Part shown: positions 40,306 through 51,095 of the stretch, one piece after another
How positions within the stretch are numbered: position 1 is the first letter of the stretch
How the letters are laid out: every line of letters begins with the position of its first letter
DNA from: an uncultured Marinoscillum sp.
GTDB lineage: Bacteria > Bacteroidota > Bacteroidia > Cytophagales > MED-G16
Assembly (NCBI GenBank): GCA_902626505.1
Contig: CACOFQ010000002.1
Span: 11,409 to 75,408 of the forward strand
DNA: 64,000 nucleotides
Reading direction: 5' to 3'
Notes under the pieces: generated by a model
Told to the model about the DNA's origin: nothing
Databases searched by the model: none
What the model saw: only the letters and a program-made list of their open reading frames with translations
Made by a program: the position numbers and the translations under genes

Positions 40306-41042
40306 TTAACTAGTATTTCTTCTAATGTAACTTCTGGAGTTTCAATTATATTACTCATATTTAAATCCCTATCCTTTATATAAACTTTAAGCTTGAAAAG
40401 ATCATTTTTTAGTATCATTTCGAAACCATATGATACCATTGCATATCTTAATTTACCAGTTAGAAGTTGAGATGAGTTAGATACATTTAAAGGAGGAAAT
40501 CTGGAATTAAAATCAATTCCACAACCATATTCTTGGTCAAAAATTCTTTTCCAATCAATTAATATAAAATCATCATTTTCTTTTTTATAAAATTCAACAA
40601 AAATATTTTTATTATTTTCATTTTTTTGAATGTAAAAAGTATCAAGTTTAGAAGTGGAGTTTACAGTATCAATAATATAATTTTCACAATTAAAAGAAGG
40701 TCTATTGTCTTCATTACTATATAAATAATATGATCCATCTGGCTCGTAGACATAAAGTGGAGGAGATACAGAATTTAATCCAAGCGTAACCCAATTAAAT
40801 TCCTGATCTATTATAGCATTAAAGGGGTGGTAGGGATAATTATTTTCATCATTAGAAAGGCCAAGATCTCCGTCACCATCTATAAAATTAATGTTTAATA
40901 TCAATGAGTCTTGATTAAAATTATTATCACTCTTCTTAAATTCTAAAGTTTCAAAAGAAATTGAAGGCGTAGTTGAAACATTATTATCATCGGTACATGA
41001 GAGTAATATTAGGGCTACTATTAATAAAGAAAAATATTTCAT
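40302..41042 (-). CDS. Hypothetical lipoprotein
   Basis: Lipoprotein signal MKYFSLLIVALILLSC. DGDGDLG calcium-binding-like loop. No recognisable catalytic motif. Confidence 0.5.
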   Translation of the reverse strand: MKYFSLLIVALILLSCTDDNNVSTTPSISFETLEFKKSDNNFNQDSLILNINFIDGDGDLGLSNDENNYPYHPFNAIIDQEFNWVTLGLNSVSPPLYVYEPDGSYYLYSNEDNRPSFNCENYIIDTVNSTSKLDTFYIQKNENNKNIFVEFYKKENDDFILIDWKRIFDQEYGCGIDFNSRFPPLNVSNSSQLLTGKLRYAMVSYGFEMILKNDLFKLKVYIKDRDLNMSNIIETPEVTLEEILVN

Positions 41043-41048
41043 AACTAT

Positions 41049-42998
41049 CTAACTTTCTAGTTTTGCAATTATTTTATTTTTTAGAGATTTTAAATTATTT
41101 AAAGGCTCACTACAAACATAATTACGACATATGATAAAACTTGGTTTTTTATCTGACTTCAAATTTTTTAATGAGTTTATAGATAATATTTTATTTGGAG
41201 CATACCAAGAGTTAATTTCTTTAAGAATATTATTTTGTTCATTCTCATTATTTATTATTTGTATTTCATTAATTCCTGTTTGATTAATTTGATTTGTATA
41301 TATCCAGTTTGACAGGTATTCATAGTTGTTTAAAAACTTCTTTAACTCGAAAGACATTCCATTGTATATATTTTGGTATAATTTATCATCAAAATATTTT
41401 CCTAAAAGTAGAAGATTATTAAACATTACTGAATTAGAAGAAGGTATTACATTATCAAAAATTTCTATTTTATTAGCTATTAGTTTCTCATTTCTACTTC
41501 CATTAAAGTTAAATAACTTCTCATCCTCATTATAAAAAAGTTTAATTGAATCTTCTGTCAAATTTCTAGCAATATCTAAATATCTTTTATTTTTTGATAC
41601 TTCATATAGTTTTATAAAAGCACTTATTGTATGAGCGTAATCATCAATGAAGGCATTTATTTCACTTTGGAAAATTCTTTTCAAATTTTTCTTATTAAGG
41701 AAATTTTTTATCAAAAAATCCGCGTTTTTTAAGGCCAATTCAAGATATTTTTTATTACCTAACGATTGATAACAGCAGATTAATCCTTTTAGTAATATAG
41801 AATTCCATGATAAAATTATTTTTTTGTCTATTACTGGATTAACCCTTGATTTTCTTGCTATTATAAGTTTTTGTTTTATTTTTTTGAATAAATCAATATT
41901 ATCATTTTTTTCAAATTTTCTTTTTAAAATTATTTGGTTTCCAAACTCTTTATTTTTAGATATATTAAATACTTTCTCTGCATATAAAAATTCATTTTTA
42001 TTTAAGATTTTTTTTAATTCATTATAATCCCATAAATAAAACTTTCCCTCTTCTCCTTCTGAGTCTGCATCAATAGATGAAAAAAAACTTCCGTCTTCTC
42101 CAGTCATATCATTAATTATCCATTCGAAAGTATCATCAATTATTAGTTGATATTTTTTATCTTTTGTGATGGAATAAATATTAGATAATAATTCTAGAAT
42201 TAACCCATTATCATAAAGCATCTTTTCAAAATGAGGAATTTCCCATTTATTATCTGTTGAATATCTAAAAAATCCACCTCTTATTTGATCATATATTCCT
42301 CCTTCAATTATTTTATCTACCGTATAAATTATATGATTAAAAATATCTTTTTCTTTGTTAGAAATAGAATAGTATAAAAGAGAGTTCCACATATTAGACA
42401 TAGGAAATTTTTGAACTTTATTTATTCCACCATATTCATAATCAAATTTTAATTTAAGTTCATAAACTAGAGATTTAATAGAGTACTGATTATCAGATCC
42501 ATATCTTTCTTCATTTGATTTTCTTAAATCTTCTGTAAACTTCTTTGATGATTTAATAAATTCTTCTTGATTTTTATCATAGGCATCAGAAATACTATTT
42601 AATATACCATACCATTGATTAGGGTTAAAATATGTTCCTCCATAAAAAGGTTTAAGATTTGGCAAAAGGAATATATTTAGAGGCCAGCCACCTTGAATAC
42701 CCATATACTGAATAGCGTCCATATAAATATTATCTATATCTGGTCTTTCCTCTCTATCAACTTTTATTGATATAAAGTTTTTATTCATTTGTTTAGCAAT
42801 AATTTCATTTTGAAATGTCTCTTTTTCCATTACATGACACCAGTGACAACTTGAATAACCTATACTGAGAATTATAATTTTATTCTCTTTTTTAGCTTTT
42901 TCTATAGCTTTTTCTCCCCATGGAAACCAATTTATGGGATTTGAGGCATGCTGCTGCAAATAATAACTTTTTTCATTTTTAAGGTGGTTTTTTTTCAT
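41049..42998 (-). CDS. Thioredoxin-domain protein of the YyaL/DUF255 (SSP411) family with (alpha/alpha)6 barrel C-terminal region
   Basis: [12 protein letters not shown]...[14 protein letters not shown]-terminal thioredoxin-like motif, about 650 aa. Confidence 0.8.
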   Translation of the reverse strand: MKKNHLKNEKSYYLQQHASNPINWFPWGEKAIEKAKKENKIIILSIGYSSCHWCHVMEKETFQNEIIAKQMNKNFISIKVDREERPDIDNIYMDAIQYMGIQGGWPLNIFLLPNLKPFYGGTYFNPNQWYGILNSISDAYDKNQEEFIKSSKKFTEDLRKSNEERYGSDNQYSIKSLVYELKLKFDYEYGGINKVQKFPMSNMWNSLLYYSISNKEKDIFNHIIYTVDKIIEGGIYDQIRGGFFRYSTDNKWEIPHFEKMLYDNGLILELLSNIYSITKDKKYQLIIDDTFEWIINDMTGEDGSFFSSIDADSEGEEGKFYLWDYNELKKILNKNEFLYAEKVFNISKNKEFGNQIILKRKFEKNDNIDLFKKIKQKLIIARKSRVNPVIDKKIILSWNSILLKGLICCYQSLGNKKYLELALKNADFLIKNFLNKKNLKRIFQSEINAFIDDYAHTISAFIKLYEVSKNKRYLDIARNLTEDSIKLFYNEDEKLFNFNGSRNEKLIANKIEIFDNVIPSSNSVMFNNLLLLGKYFDDKLYQNIYNGMSFELKKFLNNYEYLSNWIYTNQINQTGINEIQIINNENEQNNILKEINSWYAPNKILSINSLKNLKSDKKPSFIICRNYVCSEPLNNLKSLKNKIIAKLES

Positions 42999-43059
42999 GA
43001 AAGTATAAGTTTATAGTAAAGTAAAGAAAGTTTTGTATCTTTACGGAACTGAAAATATT

Positions 43060-43182
43060 GTGAAAAAATTACTAGTTGTCTTAATAATTGTTTTTTCATC
43101 TTGTGAGAGGAAGTTGTGTCCTACATACTCTTCGGTAGATACTACTTCAGATAATACTGAAATCAATAACACCGTTTCATAA
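43060..43182 (+). CDS. Candidate 40-aa small lipoprotein (below ORF-track size cut-off)
   Basis: GTG start. VKKLLVVLIIVFSSCERKLCPTYSSVDTTSDNTEINNTVS has a textbook signal peptide plus lipobox (FSSC). It fills an otherwise unassigned gap. No SD or promoter box recognised. Confidence 0.35.
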   Translation: MKKLLVVLIIVFSSCERKLCPTYSSVDTTSDNTEINNTVS

Positions 43183-43185
43183 AAA

Positions 43186-43538
43186 ATTGTAAGTCTATAA
43201 GCCGGATTTTGTATCTGATATAATCAGATTCTTATCATTTATCTAGACTTGATATTGCTACCAAGTTCAATCGATCTACCCATTCGAATTATAGCGAGCA
43301 ACTATTAGTTTAAAACTATCGAATTACTTGATCTTTCAATTTATAAGGTTTACAATGCATTAAATATCACTATTTAATCGGTAAGCTCTTACCTTACCTT
43401 TTCACCCTTACCAAATTGGCGGTTTATTTTCTGTTGCACTATCTGTTCTCAAAAGAGACCTTCCAGTTAAGAAGTATAATGCTCTGTATTGTCCGGACTT
43501 TCCTCTTCAAAATATGAAGCGATAAGACGACTTACATC
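43186..43538 (-). ncRNA. rnpB: RNase P RNA, bacterial type A
   Basis: The reverse complement carries the universal P4 strands GAGGAAAGUCCGG (plus-strand 43493..43505) and ACAAAAUCCGGCUUAU. It also has AGUGCAACAGAAAAUAAACCGCC and GGUAAGGGUGAAAAGGUAAGGUAAGAGCUUACC (J11/12-P12 region). P1 is UGUAAGUC/GACUUACA and P2 is UCUUAUC/GAUAAGA. Ends are good to about 5 nt. Confidence 0.9.
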
Positions 43539-43539
43539 G

Positions 43540-43547
43540 CAAAAGTA
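43540..43547 (-). promoter_or_regulatory. -7 box (TACTTTTG) for rnpB
   Basis: The minus strand reads TACTTTTG-CGAT-GTAAGTC, i.e. a TAnnTTTG box a few nt upstream of the P1 5' strand. No good -33 TTTG at canonical spacing. Confidence 0.35.
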
Positions 43548-43563
43548 TATATATTTTTGTAAT

Positions 43564-44568
43564 ATGAATAAAACAATATTGGCAATTGAGACATCGTGCG
43601 ATGATACATCTGCATCAATTATCTCTAATGGAAAAATTGAGTCTAATGTAATATCTTCTCAGCTGGATCATAAAAAATTAGGTGGTGTAGTACCTGAGAT
43701 AGCTTCTAGATCTCATCAAAAAAATATTATATATATTGTTAATTCAGCATTGTCAGATGCTGGAGCAGTAAAATCAGATTTAGATGCAATTGCATTCACG
43801 ATTGGACCAGGTTTATTGGGTTCTCTACTGGTAGGTTCTACTTTTGCGAAATCATTTGGTTATTCGCTGGGGATTCCATTAATAGGTGTAAATCATTTAA
43901 AAGCTCACGCATTCTCACATACTATCAATAAAAAAAAATTCAATTATCCATTCCTATCATTATTAGTTAGTGGGGGTCACACCCAAATCATTTTAGTTAA
44001 ATCTTATGACGATATGGAGGTTGTAGGAGAGACAAGAGATGATGCAGTTGGTGAAGCTTTTGATAAATGCGCTAAAATACTTGGATTAGATTATCCAGGT
44101 GGTCCTCTCATTGATAAATATTCTATAAATGGTAATGAGAATATGTTTTTATTTCCTAATACTAAGGTGCCAGATCTTGATTTTTCTTTTAGCGGAATTA
44201 AAACATCATTTCTTTATTTTATAAATGATAACATAAAAGAAAATAGTGATTTTATTGAAGATAATTTAAATGATATTTGTGCTTCTATTCAAAAAAAACT
44301 GGTTGAAATGTTATTAGATAAATTCATTTTAGCGATTAAAAAATATAAAGTTAAAGATATCTCAATATGTGGTGGTGTAGCAGCAAATTCATCATTAAGA
44401 AAAGAGATAAATAAACTATCTGAAAAACATAACCTTGAGGTACATATTCCTGAGATGGAATATTGCACTGATAATGCAGCAATGATTGCAAATTATGCTC
44501 ATTATATGTATGATGATAAGAAGTTTTCAGATTTTAATATTGTTCCATATTCAAAAAATATTATTTAA
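43564..44568 (+). CDS. tsaD: tRNA N6-adenosine threonylcarbamoyltransferase
   Basis: MNKTILAIETSCDDTS, GVNHLKAH, LLVSGGHT, GGVAANS motifs. The track ORF start at 43489 is a spurious extension running antisense through rnpB. Confidence 0.92.
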   Translation: MNKTILAIETSCDDTSASIISNGKIESNVISSQLDHKKLGGVVPEIASRSHQKNIIYIVNSALSDAGAVKSDLDAIAFTIGPGLLGSLLVGSTFAKSFGYSLGIPLIGVNHLKAHAFSHTINKKKFNYPFLSLLVSGGHTQIILVKSYDDMEVVGETRDDAVGEAFDKCAKILGLDYPGGPLIDKYSINGNENMFLFPNTKVPDLDFSFSGIKTSFLYFINDNIKENSDFIEDNLNDICASIQKKLVEMLLDKFILAIKKYKVKDISICGGVAANSSLRKEINKLSEKHNLEVHIPEMEYCTDNAAMIANYAHYMYDDKKFSDFNIVPYSKNII

Positions 44569-44569
44569 A

Positions 44570-45016
44570 ATGTCTGATAAAAAAATTTTAATTAATAATA
44601 AAAAGGCAAATTTTAATTATCAGTTTTCTGACAAGTATATTGCTGGTTTAGTGTTGAGAGGGACAGAGATAAAATCTATTAAAGATTCTTCAGTCAATTT
44701 TTCAAATTCTTATTGTATAATTGATAATGATGAAATTTATTTAAAGGGAATGGTTATTAATGAGTACATATATGGAAATATAAATAATCATCAAACAGAT
44801 AGAGATAGAAAACTGCTATTAAATAAAAAAGAAATACACCAAATTAAGAAGAAGGTTACAGAGAAAAAATTTTCTTTAATCCCAATAAAATTATTTATTA
44901 ATGAAAGAGGTTTTGCTAAAATTGAAATAGGACTAGGTAAAGGAAAGAAAGAATATGATAAAAGAGAGGATATTAAGCAAAGAGATATTAGCAGAAAAAT
45001 TAGAGAAGATCTTTAA
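44570..45016 (+). CDS. smpB: SsrA-binding protein
   Basis: KKANFNYQFSDKYIAGLVLRGTEIKSI and RDRKLLLNKKEI, GKGKKEYDKRED. ATG at 44570, one nt after the tsaD stop. The track start at 44486 lies inside tsaD. Confidence 0.92.
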   Translation: MSDKKILINNKKANFNYQFSDKYIAGLVLRGTEIKSIKDSSVNFSNSYCIIDNDEIYLKGMVINEYIYGNINNHQTDRDRKLLLNKKEIHQIKKKVTEKKFSLIPIKLFINERGFAKIEIGLGKGKKEYDKREDIKQRDISRKIREDL

Positions 45017-46413
45017 AGATATTTTATAATTATATCAATAATTTTCTGTTTGAAAGAGTTGTAGGGTGGAGTTAAAAGATCTGTAGGGCTAAATGGAGAA
45101 AACTGTTTGAAAACACTTTTTTTATTTGATAATTCCCTAAAACCATATTCGCCATGACATCTTCCAAAACCGCTATTATTTATTCCACCAAAAGGAAGAT
45201 TATAATTTGAATAATGTAGTGTGTTATGATTTATACAAACACCTCCTGAAGAAGTTTCGTTCAATACTTTATTTATATTTCTTTTGTCTCTACTAAAAAT
45301 GTAAAGGGCTAAAGGTTTTTCTTTTTCATTGATAAAGGAAATAGCATCTTCAATTTTTTCATATGAAAATACTGGTAAAATAGGACCAAAAATTTCTTCA
45401 TTGTAAATATTTGAATTACTACTTACATTTTCAATAATAGTAGGTTCAATAAAATTATCTTTTGAATTTGATTCACCTCCATATATTATTTTTGAGCCGT
45501 TTTTTTCTGCATTTTCAAGCAAAGATATCAATCTTTTAAAATGATGATTATTTACTATTCTACAGTAAGATGAAGAGTTAAATGACTCTTTAGTGTAAAG
45601 ATTCTTAATATTTTTTATCAGGTATTCTACGAATTTATCTTTAATATCTTTATGAACAAGAATATAATCCGGTGCTATGCATACTTGACCATTATTTATA
45701 AGTTTTGCCCAAATCACTCTTTTTGCTGCTCTATTTAGATTACAATCCTTATCAATAATTGTTGGAGATTTTCCACCAAGTTCGAGGGTTAATGATGAAA
45801 GATTTTTTGATGCGGCCTCCATAACTTTTTTTCCAATAGTAGGGGAGCCTATAAATAGTATGTGATTAAATTTTAATTTAAGAAGATCTTGTGCAACTTC
45901 AACTCCTCCTAATGCTACAGAAACTTCATTTTCATTAAAAGTGTTCTCAATTATTTTTTTTATGATTAGAGACGTTTCGGATGTAATTTCTGATGGTTTA
46001 ATTAAGACTGAATTTCCAGCTGATATCGCATTTATTAGTGATATGAATGTCAAGTTTATTGGAAAATTCCAAGGCGTGATAATTAAAACAACTCCCTTAG
46101 CTTCATATTTTATATAAGATTTTGATCCAATTAAAGTTATAGGAGTTTTTACATATTGATTTTTCATCCATTTTCCTAAATTATTAACTGTATGGTTTAT
46201 CTCTGAGATAACTGGAAATATTTCGGTTAAATCTACTTCTGTTGGATTTTTTTTAAAATCTTTTTTTAGAGAAAGCTTTATTTCATCTCTAAATGAAAAA
46301 ATATTTTTCTTTAGTTTTTTTAGTTTCTTAATTCTTTCATTTTTAGATGAATTATTTACTTTTTTTTGATTAATAACTAGTTGTTTATGAAGTGCTTCTA
46401 ATTTTTTATTCAT
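45013..46413 (-). CDS. Aldehyde dehydrogenase family protein (class 3-like)
   Basis: ELGGKSP, catalytic Cys in NNGQVCIAPDY, EEIFGPILPV. The track start at 46443 is TTG; ATG at 46413 gives a TAATG junction with crcB. Confidence 0.85.
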   Translation of the reverse strand: MNKKLEALHKQLVINQKKVNNSSKNERIKKLKKLKKNIFSFRDEIKLSLKKDFKKNPTEVDLTEIFPVISEINHTVNNLGKWMKNQYVKTPITLIGSKSYIKYEAKGVVLIITPWNFPINLTFISLINAISAGNSVLIKPSEITSETSLIIKKIIENTFNENEVSVALGGVEVAQDLLKLKFNHILFIGSPTIGKKVMEAASKNLSSLTLELGGKSPTIIDKDCNLNRAAKRVIWAKLINNGQVCIAPDYILVHKDIKDKFVEYLIKNIKNLYTKESFNSSSYCRIVNNHHFKRLISLLENAEKNGSKIIYGGESNSKDNFIEPTIIENVSSNSNIYNEEIFGPILPVFSYEKIEDAISFINEKEKPLALYIFSRDKRNINKVLNETSSGGVCINHNTLHYSNYNLPFGGINNSGFGRCHGEYGFRELSNKKSVFKQFSPFSPTDLLTPPYNSFKQKIIDIIIKYL

Positions 46414-46778
46414 TATTTGACTATGTTCATTCCAAGATAACAAAATAAAATACCTATTACTGAGCTCAGTATTGAATATACTAAAAACATAATAATTTTA
46501 TCTTCATTAAGTAGATTTAATGAATCAACTGAGTATGCTGAAAAAGTTGTAAATCCCCCACAAAAGCCTATAATTAGAAAATAATTTAAATATTCTGCAA
46601 TTTCTTTAGAAACACTTGCTGAATATTTAATTAAGATACCGACTACAAAACACCCAATGATATTTACTAGAAAAGTATTTAATGGTAAACTAATATTGTA
46701 AATATTTAGTTTTAAAATAATCATTCTGGAAATGGAACCAATCATTCCACCAGCTCCAACCAAAAATATTTCTTTCAT
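46413..46778 (-). CDS. crcB: Fluoride efflux channel CrcB/FluC
   Basis: 121 aa, 4 [13 protein letters not shown] and [11 protein letters not shown] motifs. Confidence 0.88.
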   Translation of the reverse strand: MKEIFLVGAGGMIGSISRMIILKLNIYNISLPLNTFLVNIIGCFVVGILIKYSASVSKEIAEYLNYFLIIGFCGGFTTFSAYSVDSLNLLNEDKIIMFLVYSILSSVIGILFCYLGMNIVK

Positions 46779-47224
46779 TTATCTTTTTTTTCGATAAAAT
46801 TCAGTGATGCTGAATTTATACAATACCTTAGTCCTGTTGGGTTTGGACCATCATTAAAGATATGACCTAAGTGTCCTTCACAATTAGAGCAGATAACTTC
46901 AATTCGTTTCATTCCATAACTATTATCATCAACAAAATTTACGTATTGCTTATCTTCAACATCAAAGAAACATGGCCATCCCGTACCTGAATCATATTTT
47001 GTTTCAGAAGTGAAAAGGCTTTGACCACAACCTGCACACTTATATTCTCCTTCCTTCTTATTATTCCAATATTTTCCAGTGAATGCTCTCTCAGTTCCCT
47101 TTTCTCTAAGGATATGATATTGTTCCTTGGTTAATTTTTTTTTCCAGTAGTCTTCTTTCTTATCCTGCGAAATACAACTTGGTGAAGCCACCAAGAAAAT
47201 AGCTAATATTAAAATAAATCTCAT
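46775..47224 (-). CDS. msrB: Peptide-methionine (R)-S-oxide reductase with signal peptide/lipobox
   Basis: Zinc CxxC pairs ([19 protein letters not shown]) and catalytic [10 protein letters not shown]-terminal LVASPSC export signal. Confidence 0.9.
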   Translation of the reverse strand: MRFILILAIFLVASPSCISQDKKEDYWKKKLTKEQYHILREKGTERAFTGKYWNNKKEGEYKCAGCGQSLFTSETKYDSGTGWPCFFDVEDKQYVNFVDDNSYGMKRIEVICSNCEGHLGHIFNDGPNPTGLRYCINSASLNFIEKKDK

Positions 47225-48039
47225 TTATTAATGTTTACGTCTAATTGAGGGAAAGGGATATTAAGATTATTTTTTGGAAACTCATTATATACCTTTTCAT
47301 TATAATCAAATTTTACATTTAAAAAGTTTTCAGATTTTACCCAAACACGGACCATGATATTAACAGAGCTATCTGCTAACTCAGAAATAACAACCATAGG
47401 CTCCATATCTTCTAAAATTCTATCATCCTCCTTAATCCATTTTAGAAGTAAGGATTTAGCTTTGTTAAAATCATCTCCATAAGCAATTGAAAAAGTCCAT
47501 ATTACTCTTCTTATATCTTCTGAAGAGTAATTAGTAACTAAAGATGTTTGAAGTATTCCATTAGGAATAATTACTCTTTTATTATCAACAGTTGTTAATA
47601 TTGAATTAAAAATTTGAATTTCTTTTACTGTTCCAGTTACACCTTCATACTCAATGAAATCTCCAACTTTAAAGGGTTTGAAAAAAAGAATCATAACTCC
47701 TGCTGCAAAATTTTGAAGTGTATCTTTTAATGCTAAACCTACTGCTAAACCTGCTGCTCCAAGAATAGCAAGAAATGATGTCATCTCAACACCTATCATA
47801 GACAAAACAGATATTATCAGTGCAACTTGTAATATTATAGAAAGAAGAGATTTAAAAAATGGTCTTAAAGACTCATCAATATTTTTTGATTTTAAAAAAT
47901 TATCTAAAATATTAATAGTTCTTTTAATAATTCTTAATCCAAAAAATAAGAATACTATCCCAAGTATAATTTTAGGTGAGTATTCAACTATTAGATTGAA
48001 TAAAAAGTTATAGTTTTCAGCACTTAAAATATCAGACAT
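47221..48039 (-). CDS. Small-conductance mechanosensitive channel (MscS family)
   Basis: Three TM helices then [29 protein letters not shown] beta-domain motif. Confidence 0.85.
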   Translation of the reverse strand: MSDILSAENYNFLFNLIVEYSPKIILGIVFLFFGLRIIKRTINILDNFLKSKNIDESLRPFFKSLLSIILQVALIISVLSMIGVEMTSFLAILGAAGLAVGLALKDTLQNFAAGVMILFFKPFKVGDFIEYEGVTGTVKEIQIFNSILTTVDNKRVIIPNGILQTSLVTNYSSEDIRRVIWTFSIAYGDDFNKAKSLLLKWIKEDDRILEDMEPMVVISELADSSVNIMVRVWVKSENFLNVKFDYNEKVYNEFPKNNLNIPFPQLDVNINK

Positions 48040-48053
48040 ATTACAAATTTAAT

Positions 48054-48422
48054 TTAATCTTCTGGATAAGGTATAAAAATGATCTTTGAATTATTATTTT
48101 CGGCAACTAGTAAACAGCAGAACTCTTCATAGTTTTTATAATTTTCTTTAAATGCTTGAATATTAGATATTATTTTTTTTTCATATAATATTTCAAGATA
48201 ACTTGCAAAATATTTCCATTTATTATTCATTATCTCATTAAAATCAACTAGTAAGGTGCCAAAATGAATATTTTCTTTGCTCAAAATTATAATTGGATAT
48301 TTGGAAAAATTTTTTTCAATTATTTTCTGATTAGTAATTTTTAATTGATCTGATACTTTTATAAAATCAGAAGTTATCTTTCCTATTTCTTTATAATCTA
48401 ATTCATCATTTTTATTATCCAT
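48054..48422 (-). CDS. Hypothetical cytoplasmic protein
   Basis: 122-aa ORF with coding-like composition, first gene of a co-directional block. No motif recognised. Confidence 0.4.
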   Translation of the reverse strand: MDNKNDELDYKEIGKITSDFIKVSDQLKITNQKIIEKNFSKYPIIILSKENIHFGTLLVDFNEIMNNKWKYFASYLEILYEKKIISNIQAFKENYKNYEEFCCLLVAENNNSKIIFIPYPED

Positions 48423-48455
48423 AGTCTAATAAACTTACTATATTTATGCGAATTT

Positions 48456-51095
48456 ATGCAAAGGGTTCTTTTAATTTTATTTTTGTTTTACTTTTCTTTA
48501 AATAATGTTTTTTCAAATCATATTGTTGGTGGTGAGATAGAGATGATTCATATTGGTGATGCCAATTCATTTACCTATGAGGTTAAATTAATTCAGTATT
48601 TTGATTGTGCTCAAGATGCAAACCCAGGTCCAGACGCATTTATAACCTATTCCATATTTAGAAATTCTGACGGTGCATTTATTCAGGATGGTACAATGCC
48701 TATTACTAATCAAGAATTTGTTCCGTATACAAACCCTGACTGTGCAATTGGTGATTTATGTACTATTCGAGTAGAATACTCTCATGAGATTACACTTGAT
48801 CCTAATCAATTTAATGATCCCCAGGGATATACAATTGTTTGGGAAAGATGTTGTAGGAATTGGTCTACAAAAAATTTAGTAAACCCAGGATGGAATGGTA
48901 TGACATATACTTTGCAATTTCCTCCTATCGTAGATGAATCAGGAGCACCTTTTGTAAATTCATCCCCTAGGTTATTTCCTCCATTAAGTGACTATGCTTG
49001 TGTTAATCAATTATTTTATATTGATTTTGCTGGTACAGATGATGATGGAGATGAAATAATTTATTCTTTAGCTGCACCTTTAGATGATAAACAACCAAAT
49101 AATACAGATATAGTTGCTTTACCGCCATCTTCAGCTCCTCCACATCCAATAGTTGATTTTGCTACAGGATATGATGTAAATAATATGATTCCAGGAACTA
49201 TTCCACTTACAATATCAGAACGTGGCTTCATAACTGTAACCCCATCAGAAGTTGGTTTATATGTTTTTTCAGTAAAGGCAGAAGAATATAGAAATGGAGT
49301 TAAGATTGGTGAATCAAGAAGAGATTTTCAGATGCTAGTTGTTGATGGGTGTAATCCCCCAGATCCACCTGAGGCCCGTGTAAAAATTCCTGGTCAAACA
49401 GATTTTTATAAAGAAGATGATACTATTTTTTACGTAGCATCTCAACCTAAATGTTTTGATCTTTTTGTAACTGATGATGTTGGAACTAATGTAACATTAT
49501 CTGCTGAATCTGTTAATTTTGAGGGTGGGATAAATAATGATGTATCTCAAATTTTTTCTTTTAATAAAGGCACAATTAATTCTTCACTAGATACATTAAG
49601 TGTTCAGGTGTGTGTTTCAGATTGTCCATATGTCCAAAATAAGCCTTTTTTAATTGATCTTATTGCTTCAGATGATGCATGTCCTTTACCTCAAACTGAT
49701 ACTGTAAGAGTTACAATAATTGTTGAGCCACCCACTAATAAAGACCCATATTTTATAAATCAAAATGATACTAATTATGTTGTTGTTCCTTGGAACTCAA
49801 GTTTTACTACTGAAATCATAGGAATAGATGATGATTTGGATAGTTTAAGCTTAGATTATTTTGTTCCAAATACACTTGAATTCGATATAGAAGATTATGG
49901 TATTTCATTTTTAGCATCTGAAAGTGAAGCTGGATCAATTTCATCAATTTTGAACTTTGATACAAATTGTAGACAATACGATTACTCTGACAGATCTAAT
50001 TTTCTACTGGGTATTGTTGTTGATGATTTAGATACTTGTAATTTATATAATACCGATACTATTTTTTATGATTTAACTATTGAACTTCCAGAGAATACAG
50101 GTCCAGTTTTAACTGCAGATATAGAAATTTCAGATTCTGTGAATTCACGACCAAATTTTTCGAGGATAGAGTATGAAACAGATTTAACGGGAAGTTTATC
50201 TATAAATTTATTTTCAGATGACTCTGATAATGACTCTTTAGTAATTAATGCTTCAGGAGTTGGTTTTGATATTAATGATATAAATGGTTTGTTTTCTGCC
50301 AATAATTTTGAAAGAGGACACGTGGAGGGTCAATTTAATATTGATCTTGAATGTATAAATTTTCCATATGACGATAAAAATGAATATAGGATTAATTTTA
50401 TTACTGAGGATATAGACTATTGTCAAGAAAAAAATGCAGATACAATTCAGTTAGTTTTAAAAATTAATATTGGAGATAATTTTGATCCAAAAATTAATAA
50501 TGAGACTGAATATGTTTTAAATACAAATACTCAATTTGAAGTGATAATAAATGGAACTGATGAAGATAATGACTTAATTTTATTAGAACTTATTTCAGAT
50601 GGTCTTCCTGGTGATTTTAAATTTGAATCTTCTTCAGGGGTAGGTGAAGTAAATAGTAAATTATACTGGAATCCAACGTGTGAGTTTCTAGGTACAGACT
50701 TTGGACCAAAGGGTTACAATCTAACTTTTAGAGTTAAAGATAATAATTGTCCTTATTATGGGGAAACAACTAAAACAATAAAATTTCTTCTTGAAAAGCC
50801 AGAAGTTGATTGGGATTCGTTTATTCCACCCAATGCCTTTAGCCCTAATGGTGATGGCATAAATGATGTCTTTAAATTAACCAATTTGAATATACCTAAT
50901 CAAAATTTACCTGTTGATGGATGTGATGATAATTTTGAGTCAATAATATTTGTTGATAGAACTGGAGTAGAGGTTTATAAAACCAATGATAAATATTTTG
51001 AGTGGGATGGAGGAAATAGATCTCCAGGTGTTTATTTCTATTACATTAAATATACTATTTCAGAGTATAAAGGCTCTGTTACAATCGTATATTAA
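48456..51095 (+). CDS. Large secreted multi-domain (cadherin/He_PIG-like repeats) protein with T9SS type B (gliding-motility CHU_C) C-terminal sorting domain
   Basis: Signal peptide. Four modules carry acidic D-x-D-x-D-like loops ([52 protein letters not shown]). The C-terminus [19 protein letters not shown]...[10 protein letters not shown]...GSVTIVY matches the type B sorting domain. Confidence 0.8.
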   Translation: MQRVLLILFLFYFSLNNVFSNHIVGGEIEMIHIGDANSFTYEVKLIQYFDCAQDANPGPDAFITYSIFRNSDGAFIQDGTMPITNQEFVPYTNPDCAIGDLCTIRVEYSHEITLDPNQFNDPQGYTIVWERCCRNWSTKNLVNPGWNGMTYTLQFPPIVDESGAPFVNSSPRLFPPLSDYACVNQLFYIDFAGTDDDGDEIIYSLAAPLDDKQPNNTDIVALPPSSAPPHPIVDFATGYDVNNMIPGTIPLTISERGFITVTPSEVGLYVFSVKAEEYRNGVKIGESRRDFQMLVVDGCNPPDPPEARVKIPGQTDFYKEDDTIFYVASQPKCFDLFVTDDVGTNVTLSAESVNFEGGINNDVSQIFSFNKGTINSSLDTLSVQVCVSDCPYVQNKPFLIDLIASDDACPLPQTDTVRVTIIVEPPTNKDPYFINQNDTNYVVVPWNSSFTTEIIGIDDDLDSLSLDYFVPNTLEFDIEDYGISFLASESEAGSISSILNFDTNCRQYDYSDRSNFLLGIVVDDLDTCNLYNTDTIFYDLTIELPENTGPVLTADIEISDSVNSRPNFSRIEYETDLTGSLSINLFSDDSDNDSLVINASGVGFDINDINGLFSANNFERGHVEGQFNIDLECINFPYDDKNEYRINFITEDIDYCQEKNADTIQLVLKINIGDNFDPKINNETEYVLNTNTQFEVIINGTDEDNDLILLELISDGLPGDFKFESSSGVGEVNSKLYWNPTCEFLGTDFGPKGYNLTFRVKDNNCPYYGETTKTIKFLLEKPEVDWDSFIPPNAFSPNGDGINDVFKLTNLNIPNQNLPVDGCDDNFESIIFVDRTGVEVYKTNDKYFEWDGGNRSPGVYFYYIKYTISEYKGSVTIVY

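Noticed and set aside
43489-43563. N-terminal 25 codons of the track ORF 43489..44568 (MSGLSSSKYEAIRRLTSQKYIYFCN)
   Set aside because: This segment runs antisense through the conserved P4/P1-P3 region of rnpB. TsaD homologues start at MNKTILAIETSCDDTS, which corresponds to the ATG at 43564.
44486-44569. 5' extension of the smpB ORF overlapping the end of tsaD
   Set aside because: The SmpB N-terminus is recognisable from MSDKKILINNKKANFNY (ATG at 44570, directly after the tsaD stop). The upstream 28 codons lie out of frame within tsaD and look like hydrophobic noise.
46775-46810. Possible fluoride (crcB-motif) riboswitch upstream of crcB
   Set aside because: The crcB start overlaps the msrB stop (ATGA), so no untranslated space exists.
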